Source: Selaginella moellendorffii (taxonomy: Eukaryota; Plantae; Lycopodiophyta). From it: DNA of 64,000 bases. Both the position numbers and the translations under genes were made by a program. Shown in pieces: positions 24,035 through 37,134 of the stretch (its first letter is position 1; each line of letters starts with the position of its first letter). The notes under the pieces are model-generated. The model was not told the origin of the DNA. It saw only the letters and a list, made by a program, of their open reading frames with translations, and ran no database searches. The stretch covers positions 1 through 64,000 of the forward strand of contig NW_003314307.1 in assembly GCF_000143415.4 (NCBI RefSeq), written 5' to 3'.

Positions 24035-24225
24035 CCATACTAGGGCGTGGTGAGGGGTGGAGTATAGGGACACCTATATTCCGTTGTCATGAGCTCTTGG
24101 CCGGGGAGGCTAACTTAGGCACACCGCTAAGTGGGGGGATGCCCCCGGAGACATGGTCAACAAGTCGTAGGATAAAAAAGAGACGTTCGATGTGGGCATC
24201 GAACTTCTTCTATGGGTGGTGGAGT

Positions 24226-25373
24226 TGTAAGGAACCAACTCGCCGAGGTGTCGTAGGCTAAGGGAACCCTGAAAGCATGACCAAAATGACAAAGAGTTCA
24301 TCGGATGGGACCAAGTCAAAGATCGAGTCCAAGACCGACTCTAGGACCGAGTTCGAGATCGAGTCCGGAATCGAGTCCGAGACCGACTCGGGGACCGAGT
24401 TCGAGTCCGAGTTCGAGACCGAGTTCGAGACGGAGTCCGAGATCCGAAATCGGGTCCGAGACCGAGTCCGAAGTCGAGTCCGAGGTCGGGCCCGAGATCG
24501 GGTCCGAGATCGAGTCCGCGATCGAGTCCGAGACCGAATCCGAAGTCGGATCCGAAATCGGATCCGAGATCGAGCCAGAGACTAAGTCCAAATACTAATA
24601 CGGGTCAAGGGGTGAAAGCCCAAAGCGTGCGTCCCCCAGGGGGGGGGGGCTGCAGGGGGTTCCAAAAGTATAGTAGGGATAGTGAGGTCCAGGAACCAGT
24701 TTTGAAGGGACTCTCCAGTTGGGCTTCCAAACCGACTTGAGGTTGGGACTGGGACTAAGGGGCCTTGGGTGGGAGTGAGCATGGACTTGGCTGGTGCCGG
24801 AGGGGCCATCCAAGGAAGTGCTCAAGAGCAGCTCCCACTCCCGAAAGGGAAACCGATTGCGGTGCTCCCGGCTCATGTGGAGTGGTGCCCCACTTGAGTA
24901 CCATGCGGCTCATTGGTCCTCGCCCTTCCAAGGGGCTTGGGCCTTCCTTCGGGATGGAAGTGGGGGGCGAGAGGTACCCATACCGGGCCGTTAGGCCACG
25001 GTGTTTCGCCCCGGCGTCCCGAAGCAAGTGTTGCACTCAAGACTTGGGATTTAGAGGGTCCCATGATCAAGTCTTGTGGTACCAAGGGATGTTAGGAACC
25101 TGGAAGCTTGGTGTGCTTGGCTGCTTGTGCTTGCGGGGAGTGTAGCCGAACCTTAAGTCCAGTCTAACCCGGGGAGGGGGATTGGGAGTGATTTGGGAAT
25201 CCGTGGAAGGATGGCTAACACTCCGTTGCTCGTGCAGTGAGTAGCTGAAACCAAGTAGGAGCTGGTACCATAGGCGAGAACCTTGGCAAGGGAACTTGGC
25301 AAAAGCCAAGGCAGTGTTGGACGGATAGACGAGGTAAGCTGGCAAATTGGAAAGGAAAAATTTGTGGCTTACA
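24226..25373 (+). repeat. Family A LTR (1148 bp) inside the chimera, with a 12-bp GAGATCGAGTCC-type array at ~24320-24590
   Basis: TGTAAG...GCTTACA; preceded by PPT-like gggtggtggagt; near-identical to LTRs 38408-39556 and 44795-45943. Confidence 0.95.
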
Positions 25374-26799
25374 ATTTGGTATCGGAGCGGTCTCGGGTCC
25401 GACTCTGTTGGTTGGCTAAGGGAATCACACCACATGTTGATTGACATCTGGCTGGTCCAGTTTGCTCCCGTTGGGCTCGACCCGAGGGGTAGGGTGTCAA
25501 GAGAGCGGGGCTCTCAGGAGAGCTGCGGCTCTCAGCTTCCGTTCACGAGGGCGTGAACTTGCAGGGAAGCGTGGTGGATTGTAAGCAACCAAAGGGAACG
25601 ACTTGAGAGACGATCCATGGGGTTCAAATATAGAGGGAAAGGGCCCATGAATAAGAGTGCACCCCCTTTTCCAATCGGTTAAGGGTCTTGGGATATTTGG
25701 GGTTAAGCGTCCTTGGGTTTGAATAGTACTGGGCTGGGTGACCTCCCGGGAAGTCCAAACTCAGGAGCTTACACCAGACTAATCAGGTAAATCATTTGGG
25801 ACTTGCGGAAATGTGTTATAACAACTCACCACATTCAAGTATCGAGGTGAGTCCATAGGAAGTTATCAATAGGCGAGATATTGAAGGTTTTGTGGAACTT
25901 GGTATGGTCAAGTATCATGAAGAGTTACTTGCAATAGAAGCTTTCACGGTAGAAAGACTCAACATTTGGAATTTAGTGAGGTATTCATTAGAACAAGCTT
26001 AACAAAGGCAAATTAAATATGCAAACCAAAAACACCAGGACGTGGAGTTCCAACTTGAGGAGAAGGTGTGGCTAATCCCAGATAAAATACACCAGCCACA
26101 CCCTTAGAATGGTAACACTAAAGTTACTAAGTAGGATTAGTCAGATGTTGAGCCACATGTATTCTTGGAAATGAACTAATCTTGAGTTCTTTAAGAAGAT
26201 TTGCAAGGCCTTATAGGATTAAGGCTCAAATGGTAAAGTGGTTTACCACCTTTGACTTCTTTGGGAGATTGGGAAGATGCACCTTGTGTTCCATGTGAAC
26301 TTACTAAAACCATACTTTGAGGATTTGCTTCACAAGGACTAAGTAAAACTTTTAGGTTATCCAAGGGGAAGAGGAATATGAGGTCAAGGCCATCCTCAAT
26401 ATACGCAAGAGCAAGTGACAAATATGGGTGTTCTATGTTAAGTGAAAAGGATTTCCACTCTGCAAAGTAACATGGGAATTGGAGAAGAACCTAGGAAACA
26501 CACGAGATCTAGTGGAGGAATTTTTGCAAGGTAGAACTTTATGTACTTATCAAAACTCAATGAAAGTATGTATTTGTGAAATTGAGCAATATCATATATT
26601 AGGACTTGAAGGTGTACCAAAGATAATCTAATTAGCATGAGTTAGCTAGGTCAACCAGGAGTATAGAGATACACTTGACATCCCACGGGAATGTCAAATT
26701 CGTATATATATTCTACGAAGGTTGGGTTCGAGTCCCAACCCCCTAGTAAAGCAAAGTTGGGTTCCAGTCTCAACCCTATACTAGGGCGTGGTGAGATGA

Positions 26800-29700
26800 T
26801 GTCACGAATGTGACTTTGGGTATCAAAAGTTACTTGTCAGCTAGTCCTTACGGACATTTTTTCCTTACTACCACAACGGTAGAAGGTCAATATTGCTGGA
26901 CTTTTATCAGTCTCCGCCTAAGCTAATTGAGAAATTGGTCTTCGCGTGTGCACTTGACCAGATAAGCATAAGGACGGAATTCCTAAGTGCTATTAGTTAA
27001 ACATACTTGACCTAGTTAGAGAAACTCATTTGTTGACTTGCACTTGCTAGTGTTGAGAACCCCCGCAATATTGAGCTTGGTCCCTCAATATTAGCTAGAT
27101 GATAGCTTACCGTGTTTGCCAAACACCCTTGCTATCATTCCCTTTGTGTTAGTCTCATTTCAGTTCCAAATACTATTTATGGAAAGTGTCTAGATTTGCT
27201 CATTTAGCATATCTACAGAATGTAGAGATTGTCTTAAACACAATGGTGTTTGTCTTGTGTCCAAATTCACAATCTAGAAACATACCATATTTAGTAAGTT
27301 TTGAGCTTGTCCCAAAGACTAACTCCTAGTACTAAGGGAGGCTTGGGGTGAAAGCCCAAAGTGTGTGTTCCTCAATGGGGGGGGCTGTGGGGGGTTCCAA
27401 ATGTATAGTAGGGATAGAGGTAGGTTGGGCATGGGCGACCAACCTGAGGCATAGTCTACCTTCTGCTTGTGTGCTTGTCCTTGTTTTGCATTCGGCTTGG
27501 GTTTAAGCTCGAGCTCCACACCATGCTAGCTGGTGGAGTACCCATATCCTTGCATTAGGCCATCGGTATGCTGAAATAGCACTAGACTCTATTTGGCTCC
27601 GTTTTACGTGTTAGTCTTGGCATTAGGATGTTGGATGCTTTAGGACTGTTCCAAGTCACTCCATGCTCCTGTCTCTTTGCTCCTTGGGCTATATATTCGG
27701 GAGTCATTCCGTGTTCAAGTGCCATTGCTCCTTGGCTCCATGCTTGGGAGTTTGGTACCGTTCCTTCTTTTAGTGGCCTAAGGCCCTAAAACTTGAGTTC
27801 CAGACCATTGTCCTTTGGACATGTGGCATGTGACACGTGGCATCTGTCATGTGGCACAAAGAGGGTTTAGGTTCTACTTCGTGGTTATCCTTTGGTAAAT
27901 CACCATAGGATAAAGGGGTCAAAACCACATGCGCTACATTTGGTATCAGAGGGTGAGTCTCGGCAAGTACTATCCAATGAGATTGGGCAACTAGTCTCAT
28001 TGCATACACAGAAATGAAAACGATGATCCAAATGGGTACATGTTTAGGTGCTGAGACTTCGCATTGGTTCCTTGGGTATTAATTTGGTTACCTTTTTTAT
28101 ACTATAATAATGTGAGCTTGCTCTTGGGCTCATAAGATGAATGTAAGATGTTCTGTTCACACGAGTTTGTGCTTGGGCTCGTGAGTGAGGCACATTAGCA
28201 ACTCGAGGTTACACTTTGAGTTGGTAGGATTAATGTTAGCCTATCGGTGGTTCCATAAGTTGTTCCTTGTACCATGGGTGAAAGTTAACTTCCTCTGGGT
28301 TTGCTAAGAGTCACAATTAGGCTAATCTGTAGTTGTTTAGCACGACACTAATGGATCCTTCCTAAGCATGATTACAAGTGGATCAACCAAGACTGTAGGG
28401 CTTAGTCTATTGGTTCAAGTAGTCATTGCCGTGCTCTCTCATAAATGTTTCTTGGATTGGACTGAAAACAATGCGAAAGCAAGCTTGAGGTTTAGCTAAA
28501 GATGAGACTGAAAAGAGAGTCATCAGAGATGAAGGATCAAAGACATAAATCATTTTACTCTTCTTGGAGAGATGATTAGCAATGGTGTGTTAACTCATTA
28601 CTCGTTTCACGGTATGCAACCAAGAGTCCCTATCTTGGTGCATATTGGAAATGATGGTTTTACAAGTGGTGAGTTATAACAGTGAAGCATTAAACCATTT
28701 TGTCTAAGCTTGCTATTGAAGACTTGGATTGCAATGCTCAATTTTTTTTTTAGAGAATCTTGCTATTGTTCCTTGAGTAGCTTGGTGTTGGATTAGTGTT
28801 GAGCTTAGTTGTATGAGCTTGTCTGTATTGTGAACAAAATTTAGTAGTGTTAAGTGTTGTAAATCTCTATTGGTGGGGTGTGGCATTTATGTTGCATTTT
28901 GTCGAATTGAGTTAACATTTGATACTTAGATAAATCTTTGAAGTAGTGATATGGGTATTACTTATTGTGTTGCTCAATTGAAGATCAAGTCATTGTGATT
29001 TTATATCATATCCATATGATAATGAGCAATGTGTTTGCGAAGTTGTTTGGTTAAACAATGATCAACCCCAAAGTGGTTGATGGTGAAGGTAGTATACTTG
29101 CACGAAGTAGCATTGTAGTAGTTTTGACTGGATTCTTGATGGTGGTCTATTATGCTAAATTTAAGTTGATTCCTTGTTCCTTGATGTAACGCACCTTATC
29201 TCTCTCCCCTTAAGCCAACTAAGAAAAGGCCAATTGCTTGATGAGAGAGCCCTTAGTGGTTATTTTATCCCCATTTATCCCTCAAGGTTCCAAGAATCCA
29301 CAGTGACAGTATATCCAAATTTCATCCCATAATCACATGCGCTACANNNNNNNNNNNNNNNNNNNNNNNNNNNNNNNNNNNNNNNNNNNNNNNNNNNNNN
29401 NNNNNNNNNNNNNNNNNNNNNNNNNNNNNNNNNNNNNNNNNNNNNNAGAGATGTCAATGTCCTCATTGACAATTGACTAATAACCCCTACTGAGCCAAGG
29501 GGTATTAGCACCTTCATTTTCGCACTGAATCTACCAATCCTTCCATTGTGTAGACTAGCTATTCCATATGAGGCAGTCTCATGGTGGATACCTTTAAGTG
29601 ATGAAGAGTTTTTCCTTAGGCTTGATTTTTCATGTCATTTTTCTTGTTAGTGTTTGGGCTTCATATTGGATCTTGAAGGTGATTGAAGAAGAGTGTTAGT

Positions 29701-32700
29701 GCAATGTGAATATCCGAAGATATGGTTTTCATGATTAGGCCTTGGATGTTCATTTTGCATTTTGCGGATGTCAGTGTTGGATATCAGAAATATGGGCATG
29801 ATGTTCGATGCTTAAGCATACTATGAGTCTCAAGAATTTATGTTGAAGTGAACCTATGTGAAGTTGTAAGTAGGAAGAAGTTGGTTGAAGTCTTGAAAGT
29901 TTGCATTGAAAGTCATTCTTTCTCTAGGATGGAAAATTTTCCATAAATTTTCTTAGACTTTTCCAATGGTTTATCTATTGATTACTTTGCCCAAAAACCA
30001 TTCTGTTTTCGTAAGCTAGTATAAACTAGTGAAGGGGTTAGAATTAACTTCAATTAGCTTAGACCTTAGTAGGTAGTTTGTATGATGCGGCTCAAAAAAG
30101 ATGCTAACTTTTGGGGCTAAGGCAATTGAGTTGGATAGAGTTTGGAGTTAGTGTCAAAAAGTGGTCATTGTGCTTTTCTAATAAAGGTGACCCTTGTGCT
30201 TTTCTTTTAGCATTGTGCTAGGTGGCAGGTTACACCTTGCATTTTGTTAAGACTCTATAAGAGTAGTGAGCTCTTATTGATCTTGACTTGATCTTGGTGG
30301 CCCTGTGCCTTGGCTGAGGATAATGATGTCCAACTTAGTTGTTTAAGGTTAAGATGTTGATACATATATTATTGCTTTGTCTAAGTGGAGGTTGTGTACC
30401 GATATGAGTCTATCTCATGGTCTTTACTTTGGTTTCAACTAAGTGTTGATCATGCATAGCTAGCCTCTTCAAAAGATGCTTAGAGCTATTGGCTAAATGT
30501 GTTAGTGAGCTTATTGCAATTGAGTTGGATTCGAGTAGTTCTTTAGTTCATGCTTGTCCATGAACCTTTATCTTATACTTGAGATATTATATTCATATTA
30601 GATAAGCATATGACCTGATGATATGAGTTTAGAGTTTGGGTTTTGTGAAGGCAAGTTGAAGAGTGATTATTAGTTGTTTTGCGAACTAATGATTACTTGT
30701 AGACTTTGTCAAGGACTGTTGACACTTCACTCAATGAAGATTTATTAGTGATGGGTTTGCTTTCCCAAATGGTGCTGTAGAGGATCGTGTCGTTAAACTT
30801 ACATGGGTTTTCCATGTTAACATGTCGACTCTACCTTTGTCAATATCATTTGGTTGCATTTAGTCTATGGTGTTAGATTTCATTGAGTCTTGGATGTGGT
30901 GAATCACTCCTTGATAATGTGTTATCTATTGCTGAGTATTGTTGAAAGTTTAGTCTTAGATACTGAGTAAGGTATCTTTGACTTTGGTTAACTTGGTTGT
31001 TAAAGAGCTTTGAGTGGTGATTTACTTTTGCTTTCTTTTAGCTTTGTTTTGGTGTTGATGGCCTTGAAGTGATGCTCTGTCATTGACATTGTTGATGTTG
31101 AAACTCGAGTGAAATGAGATGTTTCTTTGTAGGATTGATATTGAGTTTCATTAATCTTAATGAAGACAGTGTTGATAATTTGTTATGGCTTTGTGTTGTT
31201 GGCATTTATGCATTTGCTAGTTAGCAACTATGTTGGCGTTGAAATGAGCTGAGTGGTAGGTTTGAGTTAGTTGCGTTCTAGACAAGATTATTTAGTAATG
31301 GTTGAGCTTTGGCTTTTCCTTGAAAAGTGATTCAGTCATGGACTATGCTAGCTTTACGAAATGAAGAGTTAGTGATTCATATTGAAATGTTTGAATCCTT
31401 ATTAGATTTGAGTTGAAATATATTGATCATTGATAATTCTTCTTGTGCTTGTTATAAAGTGAGTTATGTTTTACTATAGATGAATTCATGGCGGATCATT
31501 TAGTGATCACTTGTTAAGCATAGTTCCATTGAGCTTAGCTTTTGGATTGATGCAGATATGCTCTTCATTAGCTTTGGCATTATGAAGTTTGGTTTATGGA
31601 TGTGCTAAGGAGGATATTGTGGGTTATACTATAATTTCTTCTTTAGTATTAAAGTTAGTTCATGCAAGACTTGTGATCATTATTAAGCAAGACTTGGCTA
31701 TAGACTTTTTCAAGTTTTTGGTTCTTTGAGTTTTATGCTCATTGTTCCATTTGTTAGGAGTTATTGGGAAAGGCATTTTTGATTATTAACTTCGATGTTA
31801 AAGTTAGCTTTTGCATTTAGCAATCATTGATGATGATTTAGAGGGTTTTGCTTGATTATTATTGTTATAGAATGATTTATTGTTCTTCGGGATGGTGGAT
31901 TCGTTCTTCGACAATAACTATGCATTTTTTTATTGATAGGATGATTGATAGTCTTTCATGATAATTAATTATTTTCTTTGATGACTTATGGCTTTTCACA
32001 ATACCACATGTTCTTTGTGATTTGCTCTAGATTGGTCTCTTGGGTTTGAGACATTAATAAGATATTGCTAAGACTTGCTTGAGTAACTCTGGTTCCTTGG
32101 TATTGTTAACCGGGATTTATTCAGATTGGCTAATGTGATAGTTAGCATGAATCAGTGTTTGTTGGTTTTACCACATTCATTTTGTTTTGTTGATTATTGC
32201 TTGAGTTAGTTCTGATAGATTAGGATGGTATTTCCTTTAGGTGATACAGTCGTGAACATTGTGCTTGTCAGTTAATGATACTTTGTGTTTTTTGAGTTAT
32301 CTTAGATAGGTAGTTTGGCATACTGTCTATAATCTTCAGTAGTTAAGTTTTCTTATTGAGTTTACTTGATGATATACTTGCTATTGAATTTTGTTGGATG
32401 GTGAATTTGATATTTTCCAAATATAATGATCTTGGTGGTTATAATATTGGTTTATCGGATGATAACTTACTTGGAATACTTTGTGTTCTAATTTAAGATT
32501 TATCCACTGATAATTAAGTCTCTAAGATATCATTGTCTATGACTTTGATATTGTCCATCTATTGATCTTTGAGTTTGGGCTAGTATAGGTAGACTGGCTT
32601 TGACATTATGTGTGCATGATGAAATCTTTAGTCATGGGGTAGCTACTATCGACTAATCGCATAACCCGCTTCTCTATCGATGATCCTTATTTTCGTTTAA

Positions 32701-33200
32701 AAGGGCGTGACCGTGTAAACAACTCTAACTGCCTATTTACAATAGTTTATCTAGACCTTACCAACGGGTTTGGTTTCTTTGCTCAAAAGGGTTGGGGCCT
32801 TTGGCTTCTCTCTTTATGTCCTTACAAGCAGGGGCGTATCACATTTTTGTAAGTTGGGTGACACTTAGAGTAGCAAGGGTGGCTAACTCCATTGGTTATT
32901 TCCTTGTCAGCGATGGCCAGAAGGTGTCTGAGTGGGTAGCGCATCCACATTAGACAAAGAGGTTACCCTAACTCATTTAAGTTGGTGCATTTCTCACATA
33001 GTCTGAATACCATGAACTTTTTCTAGCATTGTTTCCATGGCGGTATTCTAGACTCAAGTATGCATCGACGAGGACATCGATCTTCCCTAAGGGGGGGAGA
33101 GTGTCGTAAATGTGACTTTGGGTATCGAAAGTCACCTGTCAGCCAGTCCTTACGGACACTCTTTCCTTACTGCCACGACGGCAAGAGGTCAGTATTGCTA
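26800..33200 (+). mobile_element. Family C non-coding (LARD-like or fully decayed) LTR element: 5' LTR 26800-27938, PBS 27941-27951, ~5.2-kb internal region, truncated 3' LTR from 33102
   Basis: The first ~100 bp of the LTR repeat at 33102 after PPT aagggggggagag. PBS tggtatcagag. No credible ORF. Gap at 29347-29446. Confidence 0.8.
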
Positions 33201-33209
33201 AATCCTTTA

Positions 33210-36200
33210 TTAGAGAGTTGAGAAGGTATAACTCTCCACTTTAGTTCATATGCGAACATGTAGGTAATGTGGTGGATAGAAAGGGGCTAATAAGGGAACG
33301 ACTTTGGGATCTTGGGAACTGTATAAAGTTTTCTTTAGAGAGTTGAGGATGTGATCCATAAAAGTGTTTGATTTAGCAAACTGAGTAATGTAGTTGCAAT
33401 AAACAACTATAGTTGGGATCACAAAAATGAGGGAAACTCCTAGATGATAAAAAAGTCATAAAATTATCCTTATATAGTTGAGGATGGTGTTGAGATTGGA
33501 GTTAGTGGCTGTAGGAGGTTAAATATAGATGAGGACTTATGTCCTTAAAATGGTAGTTAAAACTACCTCTAATAGATGCTAGAACAACCCAAGGAACTAG
33601 GGGTGTACTTAAAGGATGAGTTGGTATTCTCATCATATGGATGGATAGTCTTAAGGGGCAAAAATAGCCTATAGGGGAATAAAGAATAATCAAGTGTTGG
33701 AGTAATACTTGCAAAGATGGTCCTTAAAAGTAGAACATGAATACAAGAAGTTATATTTTAGCGAGCTAGCACCTCAAAAATAGAACCTTACAAATTGTGG
33801 ATTAATAAAGTCCAAAAGCTGGATGACTTAAATGGAGTCAAGGAATGGTTCTAAAGGATTGATGGAAGCATTTGGATTGAGGTGTGTTATAGCCTACAAA
33901 GGACAGAAAAGATCATAAGATCTAACTATAAGAACATTGTGTATTTCATTGATGGCAAAATGTGCTATACCAAAGTCATAGGAAGGGTGTTACTGGAAGA
34001 AAGTAGCTTTGGTGCAGAGTTGTATGTGAACACTATAGTGCGATGCTAACTAATATTTAGCATGAGAAATGATTACTTTAGTCTTGGCAAAGACCTATAC
34101 ACAAGTGGAAAGTGTCATGATAATAGGCTCATGGAGTTGATGGGGTGGAGACCACCAAGTGCCTCAAGGGATGAAGCCTTGAAGTCAAGTTGGTTGGTTC
34201 ATGAAAATCCTTTATAGAAAGAATATTAATGGAAATGGGATTGGTATAGCATAAGCTGGAAGGCATACAATTCAAGTTTGTAGACTCAAATAATAATGGA
34301 GGTGTGGAAGTATTAATAATGAGCTATAGAACTTGACAACTATGAGGCAATTAAGCAAAATATGTAACATAATTGATTGGATTGGTAGGATTTAATTTCC
34401 TAAAACTTTTTATTGAGATAAGAAGGTTAAATATATTCTGCAAGAGGATAAATTGCTTATTTTGTGATATAATAAGTCAATATCATAAAGGGAAATACTC
34501 ATTATCAAAGAAGGTCATCATTGGGACATATTAAACACTCTAAAACACTAGTAAGTGGTGTTTGATATCATGAGGGCATTAAATAAAGCCCAAGGGACTA
34601 CGTCCCTAAAGAATAATGGATATAAAGTGCTATCCAATATTCAAGGTTGCGGAGACAGGAGGAGTCTGTTTATTTGGATTAGGTAAAGCCAAAAGAGATT
34701 TTGGCAAGGCTAGTAATAGGCATATAAAGGCCCATAACTAACAACATTAATCCTGGTGTGTGTATGATTACAAGGTGAGCATATCCAAATTGAGGAACCA
34801 CTCCTTAGGTTATCAAATAAGTTCATCCATAAGAATACTTGTTAAGGCATAGTAGAAAGTGTAAATCTATCCTCCTAGCGTGGAGGAGAAGAACCAAAAG
34901 AAATATGTTAGGCCAAAAGTAAATAGTAAAGGGATAAAACCAAACTATATAATTAAGAATAGTTATGTAAGTTAGGAGTGGAGAATCAAGTGGGTGCTCA
35001 AAGATGTTGCTACTGGCAATTATGATACCTTAAAGAGTCTAAAGTATGAAATTATCTATATTAAACCATGTGACAATTAAAAAGCTTGTAAAAGGAGACG
35101 CCTTAGCAAACTAAGGGATAAAGTCCCTTCAATGTTCCCAAAAACAATTTTGGGTAAGTTGATACCTAGAAAAACAAGTGTAAGTGGTTCATGGGATTGC
35201 GCAAAATTAGAGTTGTATAATAGAAGCGTGGTCTTGAAGTTTACTATGAGGTGAGGATATCAGGGTTAAGGAATTAATTCCCAAGTATTCAAAGAAATAG
35301 CTTTAAATGAAAGTCAATGGTTAAGGATTTTCATACTTATGCATGAAACCATGTTATGTTGGTCAAATGACTTGCTAATCAAGATTGGTAAGTTGGAGGG
35401 ACAAATGCTCTAGTTGAAGGTGTTGATTTCAAAACATGTGGCCCATGGGCCAAGCATAGAAAAGTCTATACATGATTACAGACTTGTCAAGTGAGAGGAT
35501 TGCTATTTGGAGGAACTAAGTTCCTAAGCTGTGATCTATAACGTGCTTTAGAATTCAATTGACACACTAGAGTCACGTTAAGCATCTTGGGTGATGCCTT
35601 CCATAGATGCATATATAGAGGTTAGTTTCGAGTCCCAACCCTATAGTGCTTGAGTTCGAGAGCATGGTGATGGTTTGGAATATAAGGACACTCATTTTTC
35701 AGTGGTTATAAACTCTCAATAAGGAAACTAACTTAGGCGCTTTAAGTATAAGTTGGTGCACCAGTGTGGGGAGTCACGCTAAGCATCCTATGTGATGCCA
35801 TCCATAAATGTATATATGAAAGTTGGGTTTGAGTCCCGACCCTCTAGTGCTTGGGTTCGAATCCTAACACACTACCAAGTGGGGGATGCCTCGGAGTCGT
35901 AATGTATAGTTAAATTGCTTATTATGAAAACTTGACATATTTAACTTGAACACTTTAGTGCAAGTGGCACCAAAGACGTGATACATGATATGGGGACACC
36001 TAATCTCAATTACTATGGACCCTTGGTTAGAAGGACTGGCTTGGGTGCACCGCCAAATGTGGGGGAAGCCCCAAGGTTATGGTCAACAACTTAAAGGTCT
36101 ATAAGCCTAATACCTATTGACAAATCTATTAAGGTGTCAAAGTGAGATCACTAAATGACCTTATGGTTAAAGAAGTACAAGGTTCTTATGAGGTTAAGGA

Positions 36201-37134
36201 ATAAGGTTCCTGGTTCAAAGTGTTGATTTGAACTATTAAATGTGGCATGAATTGGTTGAAGTGACCAAATGGGAAGCACAGATAAGGGAAATGAGTTATG
36301 TCAGTATGGTGACACTCCTTGCACTTGCCAAAGCAAAGCTTTTACTATGGAACTGAAAGGATACTTCAAAGATAGAAATACTGATTATATGTTGTTTGGT
36401 GCAATAATCAAAGGATAGAATTAAAAGACTAATAGCCATGAATGGGTTGTGGAAATCATTGGAAGGAATCCAAATGGTAAAGTTAGGTGAGGAACACTCA
36501 TGTGTTTAATGCTAGCAAACTATGTAAAAAAATATATATTTCTAAGGATGGATTTCTAAATGTTTCAATTTGGCAAAAGTGAAAACTCTAATGGAGGGAG
36601 TGAAAAGGTGGCCAAATGATAGAGCTATGGACAGCCCTAACACAAATTATAAATACGTGAAACTTAGTGCCAAGTGTGGCATAAAATAGAAGAGGGGATG
36701 ATGGTGCCCTCAAGTAAAAAACTTCCTAGGATGGGGAAATGGAGTTTACACCATATGTGCAAATGCAAGGTGTCAAAGACACCAAAAAAATTGACTTTAA
36801 ATGTCAAAATAAAAGTTCTAAAGTGTAGAAGTTATGTTGATAAAAGCTAAAACTACTTGTGAATGAGTAGTGAGATTGAAATAAAGAAGGTGTCTCTAAC
36901 AGGTTTAGCAAAGAGTAAATCAATAAAGGGAAAGAACAACCCAAGTGGTCAAATGAGTTTCTAAATTAGAGAGACTATACTCTTTAAGGGATAGGAAAGG
37001 TAGAGTGAGCCTTCGGTGTCAAACTATGAACGAATATTAGCTTGGTGCTAAGGATGGAAAGGGTAACACAATTACTTTATAAAATTGTTTATCATTTGAT
37101 GAGGATATCGAATATTGTCTATAAGTGGTGGAGT
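33210..37134 (+). mobile_element. Family B internal region (first unit of a tandem pair), 5'-truncated
   Basis: Collinear with 45960-51025; ends in PPT gtggtggagt before the LTR at 37135. Confidence 0.8.

Larger units (their letters stand above)
19531..25773 (+). mobile_element. Chimeric Cassandra/chromovirus insertion: Cassandra LTR - PBS - A internal - A LTR - PBS - Cassandra internal - Cassandra LTR
   Basis: Cassandra LTRs 19531-19724 and 25580-25773 (194 bp) look identical. TSD CCAGA at 19526-19530 and 25774-25778. The host integrase is continuous across the site. Confidence 0.93.
14305..26795 (+). pseudogene. Old decayed copy of chromovirus family A (gag-PR-RT-RH-INT-chromodomain-3'UTR), interrupted by three later insertions
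   Basis: Collinear with the 19784 and 44735 ORFs (e.g. MPFGLCN...FSALMNH at 17939-18301), with many stops. Segments: 14305-14402, 15931-16020, 16616-19530, 25774-26795. Confidence 0.9.

Noticed and set aside
24226-25773. Hammerhead ribozyme (retrozyme) in the LTRs or TRIM
   Set aside because: A GAAA hairpin is present, but I found no properly placed CTGANGA core by eye
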